From positions 6,211 to 70,210 of the forward strand of contig JAHKKM010000001.1 of NCBI GenBank assembly GCA_020027645.1: 64,000 bases of DNA, given 5' to 3'. The translations under genes were made by a program, and so were the position numbers. Each line of letters opens with the position of its first letter. Position 1 is the first letter of the stretch. Of this stretch, positions 46,250 through 55,616 are shown piece after piece. The DNA comes from Pseudomonadota bacterium (GTDB lineage: Bacteria; Pseudomonadota; Gammaproteobacteria; Steroidobacterales; Woeseiaceae). Under the pieces are notes generated by a model. That model was not told the DNA's origin and did not search any database. It was given only the letters and a program-made list of their open reading frames with translations.

Positions 46250-47083
46250 ATGCATAAGATCATGCCCGGAGTCCTGATGTGGTTGCTTTGCGGCATCCCC
46301 TGCGCGCACGCGCAGATGGTCACCCCCGAGGCACCTGCCGAAGTCGCCGAACCGGAGCGACGCTACACGGTAGAAATAATCATTTTCGAGTACGCCGAGA
46401 ATGCTCAGGCCGGCGATGAAGTGTTTATTGCCGAAGCTATCGAGCCGCCGCCCGGGGAGCCCCTGGAAGGTGAACTTGTTTTTACCGACATGCCGGCAAC
46501 ACTCGACAATTCGGCCCCGGGTAGCAAGCCATCGCTGGCGGAAATTCCGCTGTCGCGCCAGATCGGTCTGTCACTGCTGGACCCGACGCAGTACACGATG
46601 CACGACATCTACCGAAAGCTGCGGACACTCGATGCTTACAGGCCGATCATGCATATGGCATGGACGCAAACCACGGTCGAAAAGGAGCTGACTCCGCCGA
46701 TCCGGCTGCGAATGCTCGGCAATGCTCCGTTGCGCCTCGATGGATACCTGACCCTGTACCTGAGCCGGTATCTTCACCTGGTCGTGGACCTGGCACTCGA
46801 CGCCGACCCGTCAGCCCGGTCGTACAGCGGCAATGCTGCTACCTCCGCAGATGCCGTGTCGCAGGTTGGCAATGTTTACTCCGATAAGCCGGACCTGCAG
46901 CCGTCCACGGTACGGTACCGGATTTTGGAGGATCGGATTTTCAAGAGTGGCGACCTGCGCTACTTTGACCATCCAAAATTTGGCGTTCTCGCGAAGGTTA
47001 CCCGCGACGAGTCTGCGTACCCGAACGCGAACCCGAGCGCGGAACAAACTGCACCGATTCCGGCCGGCACAGGCAGCTTGTAA
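46250..47083 (+). CDS. CsiV-like (DUF2803) periplasmic protein
   Basis: Signal peptide, YTVEIIIFEY near the N-terminus and RYFDHPKFGVLAKV near the C-terminus, as I recall for the CsiV family. Start uncertain: the TTG at 46241 overlaps the mfd stop, and ATGs lie at 46250 and 46262. Confidence 0.6.
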   Translation: MHKIMPGVLMWLLCGIPCAHAQMVTPEAPAEVAEPERRYTVEIIIFEYAENAQAGDEVFIAEAIEPPPGEPLEGELVFTDMPATLDNSAPGSKPSLAEIPLSRQIGLSLLDPTQYTMHDIYRKLRTLDAYRPIMHMAWTQTTVEKELTPPIRLRMLGNAPLRLDGYLTLYLSRYLHLVVDLALDADPSARSYSGNAATSADAVSQVGNVYSDKPDLQPSTVRYRILEDRIFKSGDLRYFDHPKFGVLAKVTRDESAYPNANPSAEQTAPIPAGTGSL

Positions 47084-47101
47084 GTCACCAGAAGACGAAG
47101 G

Positions 47102-47980
47102 TCAGCCCTCGAGTACGCTGCGCAGAAACACGTCGGCGTTTCGTTCATCACCGTCAGCTGGTACGACCGCAACCCGGTACGCTACGGTGACATGACGTGC
47201 TTTCTTGGAGCGCGGATGGTGCAGGCCAAGCTCCTTCACAGCCGCCGCGATTTTTGCAGCAAATTCCGTGACGCCAGCTTCCGACGAGGCGTGGGCCAGA
47301 ACCAGCATGGTCGAATCGTCAACTCGCGCGGCAACGTCACTTGCGCGTCGCAGGCAACGCCGGACGGCTTGGGCGACACGCCGCAAACAGGAATCTGTTG
47401 CGTGTCGCCCAAAAACTTCCAGATAAGCTGCGAAATCTTCCAACTGAAATGCAACCAGAGCCAGAGAGGAATGCTCACGTGCAGCTACCGCCCAGTCATG
47501 TACCAGCACGTCGTGGAACGCGTGCTTATTGAGCAGCCCGGTGACCGGATCATCACGCGACAGGTCCCGGATGCGTCGCTTTGCCTTGACCAGCTCCCGG
47601 TGGATTTCGCCGTCGACGTTCGTGCCACCGCCGGCGCCCCGCCAGTAGGCAACGTAAAAATGGTTTGGTGAATCGACTGGCAGCTGCACCGGACGCAGCA
47701 CCAGCAGGTACTCGCGGCCAAAGAGGTCAACAGCAAGGCTGGTCTCCTGGCTGGCACGAACGGTCTCACTGATCTCGAGCGCCAGCTCCCGGCCGATCAG
47801 CTTTTCGATAACGTCGGCGAAAGGCTGCTTTTGTATGGAATGTGCTCGTGAGATCGCCTCGAACGCAGGATTGCACAACACTACCGGCCAGTCTGCGCTA
47901 TCGACCTGCGCGACCAGCATTGGTTCAGCACAACCGCGGATCAATTGTTCGAGTAACTTGCGTTGCAGCTTTTTCGTCAT
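47102..47980 (-). CDS. PAS-like / degenerate GGDEF domain protein
   Basis: GGDEF-domain scaffold (DPVTGLLNKHAF ... FAAYLEVFGRHATDSCLRRVA), but the GG(D/E)EF position reads DDSTM (aa 221-225). RASD (RxxD) lies five residues upstream. Confidence 0.75.
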   Translation of the reverse strand: MTKKLQRKLLEQLIRGCAEPMLVAQVDSADWPVVLCNPAFEAISRAHSIQKQPFADVIEKLIGRELALEISETVRASQETSLAVDLFGREYLLVLRPVQLPVDSPNHFYVAYWRGAGGGTNVDGEIHRELVKAKRRIRDLSRDDPVTGLLNKHAFHDVLVHDWAVAAREHSSLALVAFQLEDFAAYLEVFGRHATDSCLRRVAQAVRRCLRRASDVAARVDDSTMLVLAHASSEAGVTEFAAKIAAAVKELGLHHPRSKKARHVTVAYRVAVVPADGDERNADVFLRSVLEG

Positions 47981-47993
47981 TTACCGAGTTCCC

Positions 47994-48758
47994 TCAGTAG
48001 ACAGCGTGAAAGAATTGTCGAAGCACTTTCATCGACTGCATTTTGGCTGTCGCTGTATGAGCCTCCAGGTCTTCATGAATCGCCGTTTGGCCACAGCCGG
48101 CAGCAAAGTTGACGATCAGTGACAGGCAGGCATAGTGCATGCCGAGCTCCATTGCCAGTGAGGCCTCAGGCATCGCGGTCATACCGACAAAATCCGCGCC
48201 GTCAAGTGCCAGACGTCTGACTTCGGCCGCTGTTTCCAGGCGCGGTCCCTGTGTAACCGCATACACGCCGCCATCATGACAGGCAATCCCCGCTGCTTCT
48301 GCCGCATCCAGTATCTTTTGCCTGAGATCACTGCAAAACGGTTCCGTGAAATCGATATGGGCCAGATTATCGGATTCGCCCTCATGGAAACTGTGACCCC
48401 TTCCCCAGGTGTAGTCGATCAGCTGGGCCGGCACAGCGAGCTGACCTGGCAGGAGCTGTCCGTTGATGACACCGACCGTATTGATTGCCACGACACTGTC
48501 GACCCCGAGTTTTCGCAGCGCCGTCATGTTCGCCCGGTAATTGACCCGATGTGCCGGTATACGCAGATGGTCTCCATGCCGCGCAATCAGGAACACCTTG
48601 TGCTCACCATACTCGAGTTCGCGAACCGGGCTCGACGGCTCGCCATACTCGGTTTCGACGATGTGCGTCGCCGAATCGGCACCAAAGTCGCGAAATCCGC
48701 TGCCGGCAATCAGCGCATATTGCCTCGGAGTCCGTTTTTTTTCACGAGTACCCGTCAT
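47994..48758 (-). CDS. S-methyl-5'-thioadenosine/thioinosine phosphorylase family protein
   Basis: PNP/MTAP family blocks: IARHG..H.IP.H.VNYRAN, INTVG, Y..TQGPRLET.AE and GMT..PE. Lies beside nagZ as in Pseudomonas. Confidence 0.85.
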   Translation of the reverse strand: MTGTREKKRTPRQYALIAGSGFRDFGADSATHIVETEYGEPSSPVRELEYGEHKVFLIARHGDHLRIPAHRVNYRANMTALRKLGVDSVVAINTVGVINGQLLPGQLAVPAQLIDYTWGRGHSFHEGESDNLAHIDFTEPFCSDLRQKILDAAEAAGIACHDGGVYAVTQGPRLETAAEVRRLALDGADFVGMTAMPEASLAMELGMHYACLSLIVNFAAGCGQTAIHEDLEAHTATAKMQSMKVLRQFFHAVY

Positions 48759-49801
48759 GCGTCGAGTTCGAGCGGCGGTCTTTCAAGCCAACGGCTGAAG
48801 GTTGCAGACGCGTGCTGCCATTCGTCGCTGGCCTGCAGGGTTTCACGCATGACCGATCCGGTACCATGCAATCGGGCCAGTCTCACAAGAGACAACGGAT
48901 TCGAATAGTCGTTGAGTGCCATGACTGTCGCGGCTGCCGCTGGTCGATCGTTGCAAACCAGCACCATGTCGCAGCCTGCCTCCAGCGCACGTCGCGCCCT
49001 TTCCGGCATCGAGCCATAACTGGCAGTTGCTTTCATGCTGAGATCATCGCAGAACACCGCCCCGTCAAAACCCAGCTGCGCCCGCAATTGCTGGCGTATC
49101 CACTGCGTCGAGAATCCGGCAGGCAGACTGTCGATCTCCGGGTACACAACGTGGGCCAACATGACCCCGGCAATGCGTCGATTGGCGATCAGGCGTTCGT
49201 AGGGTCGCATGTCGTCGAGAATATCGCTGTACTCGCGCCGGTCGACCGGCAATTTCTCGTGCGAGTCGGCGAGTACTGCACCATGACCGGGAAAATGCTT
49301 GGCCACGGCTGCCATGCCGGCGGAGCGGAGACCGCTGCAGAACGCGCCTGCCAGAGTCGCAACGACCTCGGGATCGGAGTGAAAGGCGCGATCACCGATC
49401 ACTTCGCTGGCACCATGATCGAGATCGACGCAAGGTGCAAAGCAGAGGTCGATAGCCGCAGCGCGGAGTTCCGATGCAATAAGCCAGCCGGCCATCCTGG
49501 CGGACTCGATGGCCGTGTCCTGGTCACGATCGAATTCCGTACCGAGCCGCCGCATCGGCGGAATCGCGCTGAAGCCCTTTCGAAATCGCTGCACGCGCCC
49601 GCCTTCATGATCGACGGCAACGAGTACCGGCGGGCTGCGTACGGCGCGAATGGCAGACACCAGGTCGGACAGCTGCTCGGGGGATGAGTAATTGCGGCTG
49701 AAGAGAATCACGCCGCCAACCGCCGCTTCGCGCATCAGCATACGATCGGCTGGGGTCAGTTCGAGTCCCTCTATATCCAGCATTACCGGTCCGAGCGCCA
49801 T
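48755..49801 (-). CDS. nagZ: beta-N-acetylhexosaminidase
   Basis: GGVILFSRNY, VAVDHEGGRVQRF, KHFPGHG and DDLSM. Its stop overlaps the downstream ATG (ATGA). Confidence 0.93.
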   Translation of the reverse strand: MALGPVMLDIEGLELTPADRMLMREAAVGGVILFSRNYSSPEQLSDLVSAIRAVRSPPVLVAVDHEGGRVQRFRKGFSAIPPMRRLGTEFDRDQDTAIESARMAGWLIASELRAAAIDLCFAPCVDLDHGASEVIGDRAFHSDPEVVATLAGAFCSGLRSAGMAAVAKHFPGHGAVLADSHEKLPVDRREYSDILDDMRPYERLIANRRIAGVMLAHVVYPEIDSLPAGFSTQWIRQQLRAQLGFDGAVFCDDLSMKATASYGSMPERARRALEAGCDMVLVCNDRPAAAATVMALNDYSNPLSLVRLARLHGTGSVMRETLQASDEWQHASATFSRWLERPPLELDA

Positions 49802-49905
49802 AAATCACTGCCTGGCAATGCCGCCAGGCGCCCCGAACTGGTTTCGGATGCGGGCGGCTGTCTCAAATGCATACCTTAAATATCAGTCTTAACTTATTGT
49901 TTATA

Positions 49906-51231
49906 TTACTTTTTCGAAAATACTGCAATCGATTCGACATGTGCCGTGTGGGGGAACATGTCAATGATGCCTGCTGCCTCGAGGCTATACCCCTGCCTGT
50001 GCACCAGCTCCTCCGTGTCCCGCGCCAGAGTACCCGGATGACAGGAAACATAAACAATTCTTGCCGGGCCGATGCGCTCGACATGCTGCAGCACCTCGAT
50101 CGCCCCGGCACGTGCAGGATCCAGCAGCAGTTTGTCCCACGGCCGCGCCATCCAGTCCTCGGTCCCGCCTACCGCCGCCAGGTTGCCAACAACAAAATCG
50201 CAATTCACGATGTGATTACGCAACGCGTTTTGCCGCGCTCTTGCGACCTGGCTCTGCTCGCCCTCGATACCGAGTACCCGTGACGCGTGGCGAGCGAGTG
50301 GCAATGAGAAATTGCCGATGCCGCAGAACAGGTCGAGGACGCTGTCGCCTTTGGCCGGCTGCAGCAATTCCAGTGCTTTGGCTATCATCATGCGGTTGAC
50401 AGGTCCATTGACCTGTACGAAATCCGTTGCGGCGAACTCCATCTGCAGACCGTATTCGGGCAGGTCGTAATGCAGTGTGTCAGCCGGAATTGGCGCGAGA
50501 GGCTCAATAGAATCGAGTCCAGCAGACTGCAAGGCGATTTGCAGTCCATGATGCGCTGCAAACCTGGCGAGCGCTTCCCGGTCGGCTGCACTTGGCTGGT
50601 CCAACACACGAAACACCAGCTCGGTACGGTTGTCTGCCACCGCAACTTCAATCTGCGGTAGCCGGCTGCGAATGCTCAAGTTTCCGATCAGCTCACTCAG
50701 CGGGTCGATCAGCGCGTCGACCGGGCTGGCAAGCACCTCGCAACGATGCATATTGGTGACGTAGGGTGCATGGCGTTCACGAAATCCGACCAGAACCCGG
50801 CCCTTTGCGGCGACATCCTTGACTGCCAGTCGCGCGCGGCGGCGGTATCGCCACCCGCCATCCACTGATGCATCGAAAAGCGGCGACAGCCATTGCCGCG
50901 GTTCGGTGCGGCCGATGCGCATGATGTTGTCGTGAAGGGACTTCTCTTTGATTTCGCGCTGTTCGGCAGCTGCAACGTGTTGCATCGAACAACCGCCGCA
51001 GACTCCATAAACCTGGCAACGAGGCTGCACACGGGACGGTGATGCGCTTAGCACGTCCACCAGTTCGGCATCGTCGTAGCTGCGATGCCGCTTGCGGCGC
51101 AAGAAACGCACTTCCTCGCCCTGCAATGCTCCGGCAACAAAAACCTTTTTTCCCGGCACCTCGGCAATGCCGCGCCCGTCATGGGTTACGGCCCCGATGC
51201 GTGCCGTCTCCGTTTCCCGTTGTCGGGCCAT
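49906..51231 (-). CDS. rlmD: 23S rRNA (uracil1939-C5)-methyltransferase
   Basis: TRAM domain, Fe-S Cys cluster (C..YGVCGGCSMQH), SAM motif LDLFCGIGNFSLPLA and the catalytic C-terminus VSCHP. Confidence 0.9.
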   Translation of the reverse strand: MARQRETETARIGAVTHDGRGIAEVPGKKVFVAGALQGEEVRFLRRKRHRSYDDAELVDVLSASPSRVQPRCQVYGVCGGCSMQHVAAAEQREIKEKSLHDNIMRIGRTEPRQWLSPLFDASVDGGWRYRRRARLAVKDVAAKGRVLVGFRERHAPYVTNMHRCEVLASPVDALIDPLSELIGNLSIRSRLPQIEVAVADNRTELVFRVLDQPSAADREALARFAAHHGLQIALQSAGLDSIEPLAPIPADTLHYDLPEYGLQMEFAATDFVQVNGPVNRMMIAKALELLQPAKGDSVLDLFCGIGNFSLPLARHASRVLGIEGEQSQVARARQNALRNHIVNCDFVVGNLAAVGGTEDWMARPWDKLLLDPARAGAIEVLQHVERIGPARIVYVSCHPGTLARDTEELVHRQGYSLEAAGIIDMFPHTAHVESIAVFSKK

Positions 51232-51242
51232 GCCGCTACGCT

Positions 51243-52016
51243 TCAGCTCTGCGGCCAGGCAGCAAGGAACTCGTCAAGGTGTGGACGATGCATGCCTTTG
51301 AGTGTCGTGCGCACAAGTGCAAATTCGCGGGCGAGGTCGTTGTTGTCCAGCCGACCGCGCATGTGCTCGAAACGCAGGTAGATCAGATAGGTGTTGAGTA
51401 CATCGGTCTCGCAATAATTCCGAATATCTTCGATTCCACCGTTCAGCCAACGGTTCCAGACCTGGTCGCCAGCCATCCCGAGTTTCCCTGGGAAACCGAG
51501 CAGCACTGACATCTGCTCCAGGCTTGCGCGACCGCGCATCTGGAAACCCGAGAGCACGTCCATCAGATCAATGTGCCGCCAATGAAAGCGGCTTAGATAA
51601 TTGTTGTAGCGGTAATCGCGATCGTGATCGCCGATTTCCCAGTATCGCGGTGCCTGAATGCCGTGTCGCAATGCCCGGTAATGCAATACCGGCAAATCGA
51701 AGCCACCGCCGTTCCATGACACCAGATCGGGTGCATACTTTTCAATGCCATCAAAGAACCGGCGCACCAGCTCGGCCTCGTCCGAATCGGGGTCTCCGAG
51801 ACTCCAAAGACGAAAGCTTTCAGCAGTACGCAGGCCAACTGAAATTGCGACGATACGGTGCTGGTGCGGTGGCAGAAAATCGCTGCCGGTTTCCTGCAGG
51901 CGATTGAAACTCATGGCCGTGCCGACATCCTCGTCTGACAGGCCGTCGAGTTTCCACATCCGGCGGCCAAAATCCACGTCCGGGACAGTCTCGATATCAA
52001 AAGTGAAGCAATGCAT
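51243..52016 (-). CDS. PolB-like 3'-5' exonuclease (DEDDy) family protein
   Basis: Exo I FDIETVPD, Exo II WNGGGFDLPVL and Exo III YCETDVLNTY are all intact. The ATG at 52016 was chosen. The ORF also extends to a TTG at 52037 that overlaps the acpS stop. Confidence 0.75.
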   Translation of the reverse strand: MHCFTFDIETVPDVDFGRRMWKLDGLSDEDVGTAMSFNRLQETGSDFLPPHQHRIVAISVGLRTAESFRLWSLGDPDSDEAELVRRFFDGIEKYAPDLVSWNGGGFDLPVLHYRALRHGIQAPRYWEIGDHDRDYRYNNYLSRFHWRHIDLMDVLSGFQMRGRASLEQMSVLLGFPGKLGMAGDQVWNRWLNGGIEDIRNYCETDVLNTYLIYLRFEHMRGRLDNNDLAREFALVRTTLKGMHRPHLDEFLAAWPQS

Positions 52017-52033
52017 CGGAGCTCTTTTGTTAT

Positions 52034-52420
52034 TCAATCAACCTGGCGTTCCACGACGGCAAATGCGAGAACCAGGCCAGCATCATCCGACAGGCTCACG
52101 TGGCCCGCACCGATGCCCAGTTCCTGGCAAACACCCTTGCCGCGCGCTGACCAGATGACCAGCGGACGCCCCCAGGCATTGTTGACAATGCCGACATCAC
52201 GGATCCACATGCCGTGCGCAAATCCGGTACCCATGGCCTTGACTGTAGCTTCCTTGGCCGCAAAGCGCATGGCAAGGAACCGCACAGGCCATTTGCTGCG
52301 GTCAAAAAGCGCACGTTCTTCATCCATGAGCAGCCGGTCGACAAAGTGCGTCCCGAATCGGTCATAGGTCTGCTGAATGCGCGCGAGCTCGACAATGTCC
52401 GTGCCGACGCCAAATATCAC
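52034..52420 (-). CDS. acpS: holo-ACP synthase
   Basis: GVGTDIVELARI, FAAKEA..KA.G and other family blocks. GTG start. Confidence 0.92.
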   Translation of the reverse strand: MIFGVGTDIVELARIQQTYDRFGTHFVDRLLMDEERALFDRSKWPVRFLAMRFAAKEATVKAMGTGFAHGMWIRDVGIVNNAWGRPLVIWSARGKGVCQELGIGAGHVSLSDDAGLVLAFAVVERQVD

Positions 52421-52424
52421 GACC

Positions 52425-53168
52425 TCAGGCTCCGGAGCGCGCGGCAGACATCAGCTGCTTCATTTTTCTTACGGCTGCGTCCAGACCCTCGAATACCGCG
52501 CGTGCGATTATGGCGTGACCGATATTAAGCTCCCGAATGCCGGCCAGGGCAGCGACCGGACCAACATTGTCGTAATTCAGGCCATGCCCGGCGTGTACGA
52601 TCAGGCCGGCCTGCTGCCCGTAGCTGACAGCATCCTGGATCCGCTGCAACTCGCGCTTCTGTCGCGAGCCGCTTGCATCGGCGTAGGCGCCAGTGTGCAG
52701 TTCCACAACCGGCGCAGCTGTTTCTACCGCCGCATCCAGTTGCCGCCTGTCCGGGTCAATGAACAGCGCTACACGAATCCCGGCATCTGCAAGCTTCGAA
52801 CAGGCCGCACGGACCACGCGCCGATGCGCAAGCACGTCGAGGCCACCCTCGGTCGTCACCTCTTCACGAGTCTCGGGCACCAGGCAACAATCGCGTGGCC
52901 GAATTCTCAACGCGATTTCAACCATCTCGCCGGTCACGGCCATCTCCAGGTTCATGTGCGTCCTCATGATTTCCTGTATGGCGACGAGATCACTGTCCTG
53001 GATGTGACGCCGGTCCTCTCGAAGGTGCACCGTTATGCTGTCGGCGCCAGCCGCTTCCGCCATTCTTGCAGCCACGGCTGGTTCCGGATAGGTCGTACCC
53101 CGGGCCTGTCGAAGCGTCGCGACATGATCGATGTTGACACCCAGGTGCAAAACGTTGTCGTCGTTCAA
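52425..53168 (-). CDS. pdxJ: pyridoxine 5'-phosphate synthase
   Basis: [28 protein letters not shown] and ELHTG.YA. The TTG start overlaps the recO stop (TTGA). An alternative TTG lies at 53150. Confidence 0.93.
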   Translation of the reverse strand: MNDDNVLHLGVNIDHVATLRQARGTTYPEPAVAARMAEAAGADSITVHLREDRRHIQDSDLVAIQEIMRTHMNLEMAVTGEMVEIALRIRPRDCCLVPETREEVTTEGGLDVLAHRRVVRAACSKLADAGIRVALFIDPDRRQLDAAVETAAPVVELHTGAYADASGSRQKRELQRIQDAVSYGQQAGLIVHAGHGLNYDNVGPVAALAGIRELNIGHAIIARAVFEGLDAAVRKMKQLMSAARSGA

Positions 53169-53935
53169 AGCAGATTCCTGTTTCCCGCGTTGTCGTTTGC
53201 ATTGTCCGGGATGCGGGCCGTGCGTCGCAACTCGAGCAGCACCTTGCGGGTCTTCAGTTCCCTGCCGCCGAGATGATAGGCAATTACGTCTCTCATCAGC
53301 CTCGCGGCGCCCTGCAGGACTTCCGGATGCATGAAGTCCTGCCGGCCAATGGCCAGCAGCATTTCGCCACTGTAGGTTCCCGGTCCCTGATTGCGGCTGA
53401 CCGGTACCGGCCCCTCGTCGACCCTGTACTCATAAATCGCGTCGGTACGCAGGGGGGTGAGCGTTTGCGCCTCGTGATCCAGTATCAACGCATACCCGAG
53501 ATTGCGCAGCAGCACCATCTCGAACTCTCGCAGACATGCCGAAAGGTCGCTGCGGCGGGCAAAGCCGTCGACTGCCCGGGCATAGGCACCAAAGATCTCC
53601 GGTTGCGGATCGTGCCGGTGCAGCAGATTGAGCAACAGCTCATTCACATAGTACCCGGCGAGCAATGCGTCGCCGTTCAATGCGATTGGCGGACCATCCA
53701 TCTCCGCTGCAGTCAGCGTCCCAAGGTCGGAACGAATTGACCACGACACCTGCAGCGGCATGAACGGTCTGAGGATCCCGCGCAGCCTCGACTTTGCGCC
53801 ACGGCTGCCGCGAGCGACCAGCATCAGTCGCCCGTTATCGCGACTGAGGATATCGAGGAGCTGACTTGAGTCGCGAAACGGCCGGTGGTGCAGTAACCAC
53901 GCCGGTGCGTTCAGAATGCGCTTGCTGCCGGTCAA
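53165..53935 (-). CDS. recO: DNA repair protein RecO
   Basis: Collinear with E. coli RecO from [32 protein letters not shown]. There is no in-frame ATG near the homologous N-terminus. The TTG at 53935 overlaps the era stop (TTGA). Confidence 0.85.
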   Translation of the reverse strand: MTGSKRILNAPAWLLHHRPFRDSSQLLDILSRDNGRLMLVARGSRGAKSRLRGILRPFMPLQVSWSIRSDLGTLTAAEMDGPPIALNGDALLAGYYVNELLLNLLHRHDPQPEIFGAYARAVDGFARRSDLSACLREFEMVLLRNLGYALILDHEAQTLTPLRTDAIYEYRVDEGPVPVSRNQGPGTYSGEMLLAIGRQDFMHPEVLQGAARLMRDVIAYHLGGRELKTRKVLLELRRTARIPDNANDNAGNRNLL

Positions 53936-54843
53936 TTGGCCCGCCCGCCTGGTGCGTCGAAGCCAAGGCCCAACAAATCCCTCTCGCTGTCTGCCCAGTT
54001 CTCTTTCACACGAACCCACAATTCCAGATGTACCGGCACTGAAAGTCGCTCCCGCAACTCGAGCCGGGCAGCCTTGCCAACGCGCTTAAGCATGCTGCCT
54101 CCCTTGCCAACCACGATGCCTTTCTGGCTGTCCCTCTCAACCCAGATCACCGCATGAATGGTAATGCCGGACTCGTCACGATCGAATTGCTCTATCTGCA
54201 CCGTCAGCCCGTAGGGCAGTTCCTGCCGCAGGTTCAACGTCAACTTTTCCCGAATAATTTCCGCTGCCTGAAATTCCTGGCCCCGGTCGGAAATCATGTC
54301 CTCCGGAAAAAGTGCCGGAGACGCCGGGAGGTACTGAGGGATCAACTTGAGCAGCTGACTGAGATTGTCGCCCTTTTCGGCTGACACCGGGACCAGTTCC
54401 GCGAACCCGTGTCGCTGCGACATGCTGCTGATGTGTCCAAGCAAGGCTTCTTTCGGCACAATTTTGTCAATTTTGTTGAGTATTGCGACAGAAGTAATTG
54501 CAGATTGTCTTATGCGCTGCAATACGTCGTCATCCTCGTCCGTCCAGCGTCCGGCTTCGGTTACAAAAAGTATCAGATCCGCATCCGCGAGTGCGCTCGC
54601 TGCCGAGCGGTTCATCATTCTGTTCATTGCTTTGGCAGCATCGCGGTGCATCCCGGGGGTGTCGACAAAGATGATCTGACTATCGCTGTCCGATCGGATT
54701 CCCAGGATGCGGTGACGAGTGGTCTGCGGTTTCGGCGTTACAATGCTGACCTTTTCCCCGACCAGCGCATTGATCAGCGTCGACTTGCCCACATTCGGCC
54801 TGCCAACGACGGCGACAAATCCGCACTTGAAACCGTCCGTCAC
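53932..54843 (-). CDS. era: GTPase Era
   Basis: G1 GRPNVGKST, G3 DTPG, G4 NKID and a KH domain at the C-terminus. GTG start. Confidence 0.96.
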   Translation of the reverse strand: MTDGFKCGFVAVVGRPNVGKSTLINALVGEKVSIVTPKPQTTRHRILGIRSDSDSQIIFVDTPGMHRDAAKAMNRMMNRSAASALADADLILFVTEAGRWTDEDDDVLQRIRQSAITSVAILNKIDKIVPKEALLGHISSMSQRHGFAELVPVSAEKGDNLSQLLKLIPQYLPASPALFPEDMISDRGQEFQAAEIIREKLTLNLRQELPYGLTVQIEQFDRDESGITIHAVIWVERDSQKGIVVGKGGSMLKRVGKAARLELRERLSVPVHLELWVRVKENWADSERDLLGLGFDAPGGRAN

Positions 54844-54846
54844 GAT

Positions 54847-55527
54847 CTATTGCTCCACGTCCAGCATGGTCAGCATTCGCTCTGCAGCCTGCTGTTCTGC
54901 GTCACGCCTGGAACCGCCGGTGCCGGTGGACCGGCCGCCGGTTCCGCTCACGGTGCAACTGATAACAAAAGTCTGTTGATGCGCCTTGCCGCTGATTTGT
55001 TCCATATGGTACTCAGGCAATGGGAGTTGGCGTGCCTGCAGAAACTCCTGCAGCGCGGTTTTTGGATCACGCAGATCGACAGCATCGGGCAACGTTCGCA
55101 AGCGCTCTCCGTAGGCATTGCAAACTATCGATTTGGCTGCATCGAAACCTGCGTCCAGGTAGACAGCGCCAAACAAGGCTTCCAGCGCATCGGCCAGGAT
55201 CGACTCCCGGCGGTGTCCTCCGGTTTTCTTTTCGCCTGGTCCAAAAATGATGTGGCGTCCAATGCCCAGTTCCGTCGCGAGGTCCGCTAATGCCGAGTCC
55301 TTCACCAGGAACGAGCGTAGCCTGCTCAACGACCCTTCGTCTGCATCAGGTTTCTGTCGATAGATAATTTCGGAAACCACGGTATCGAGTACCGCGTCAC
55401 CCAGATATTCGAGGCGTTCGTTATTACTGCCAGGCGCACTGCGATGGGTCAGCGCCTGACGCAGCAGCTCCGTATCGCGAAATTCGTAATCGAGCGATTT
55501 CTTCAGCCAGCGTGCCGCTTTTTCCAA
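54847..55527 (-). CDS. rnc: ribonuclease III
   Basis: Signature ALTHRSA....NERLEYLGDAV plus a dsRBD. TTG start. Confidence 0.95.
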   Translation of the reverse strand: MEKAARWLKKSLDYEFRDTELLRQALTHRSAPGSNNERLEYLGDAVLDTVVSEIIYRQKPDADEGSLSRLRSFLVKDSALADLATELGIGRHIIFGPGEKKTGGHRRESILADALEALFGAVYLDAGFDAAKSIVCNAYGERLRTLPDAVDLRDPKTALQEFLQARQLPLPEYHMEQISGKAHQQTFVISCTVSGTGGRSTGTGGSRRDAEQQAAERMLTMLDVEQ

Positions 55528-55616
55528 GGTGTCTGCTCACAATATCGGCAACCGGCCGACGTGGCCGTTGTATATGGTATGGGCAGAAGCTTGGACAGGC
55601 AACGCCGCAATGCTAA

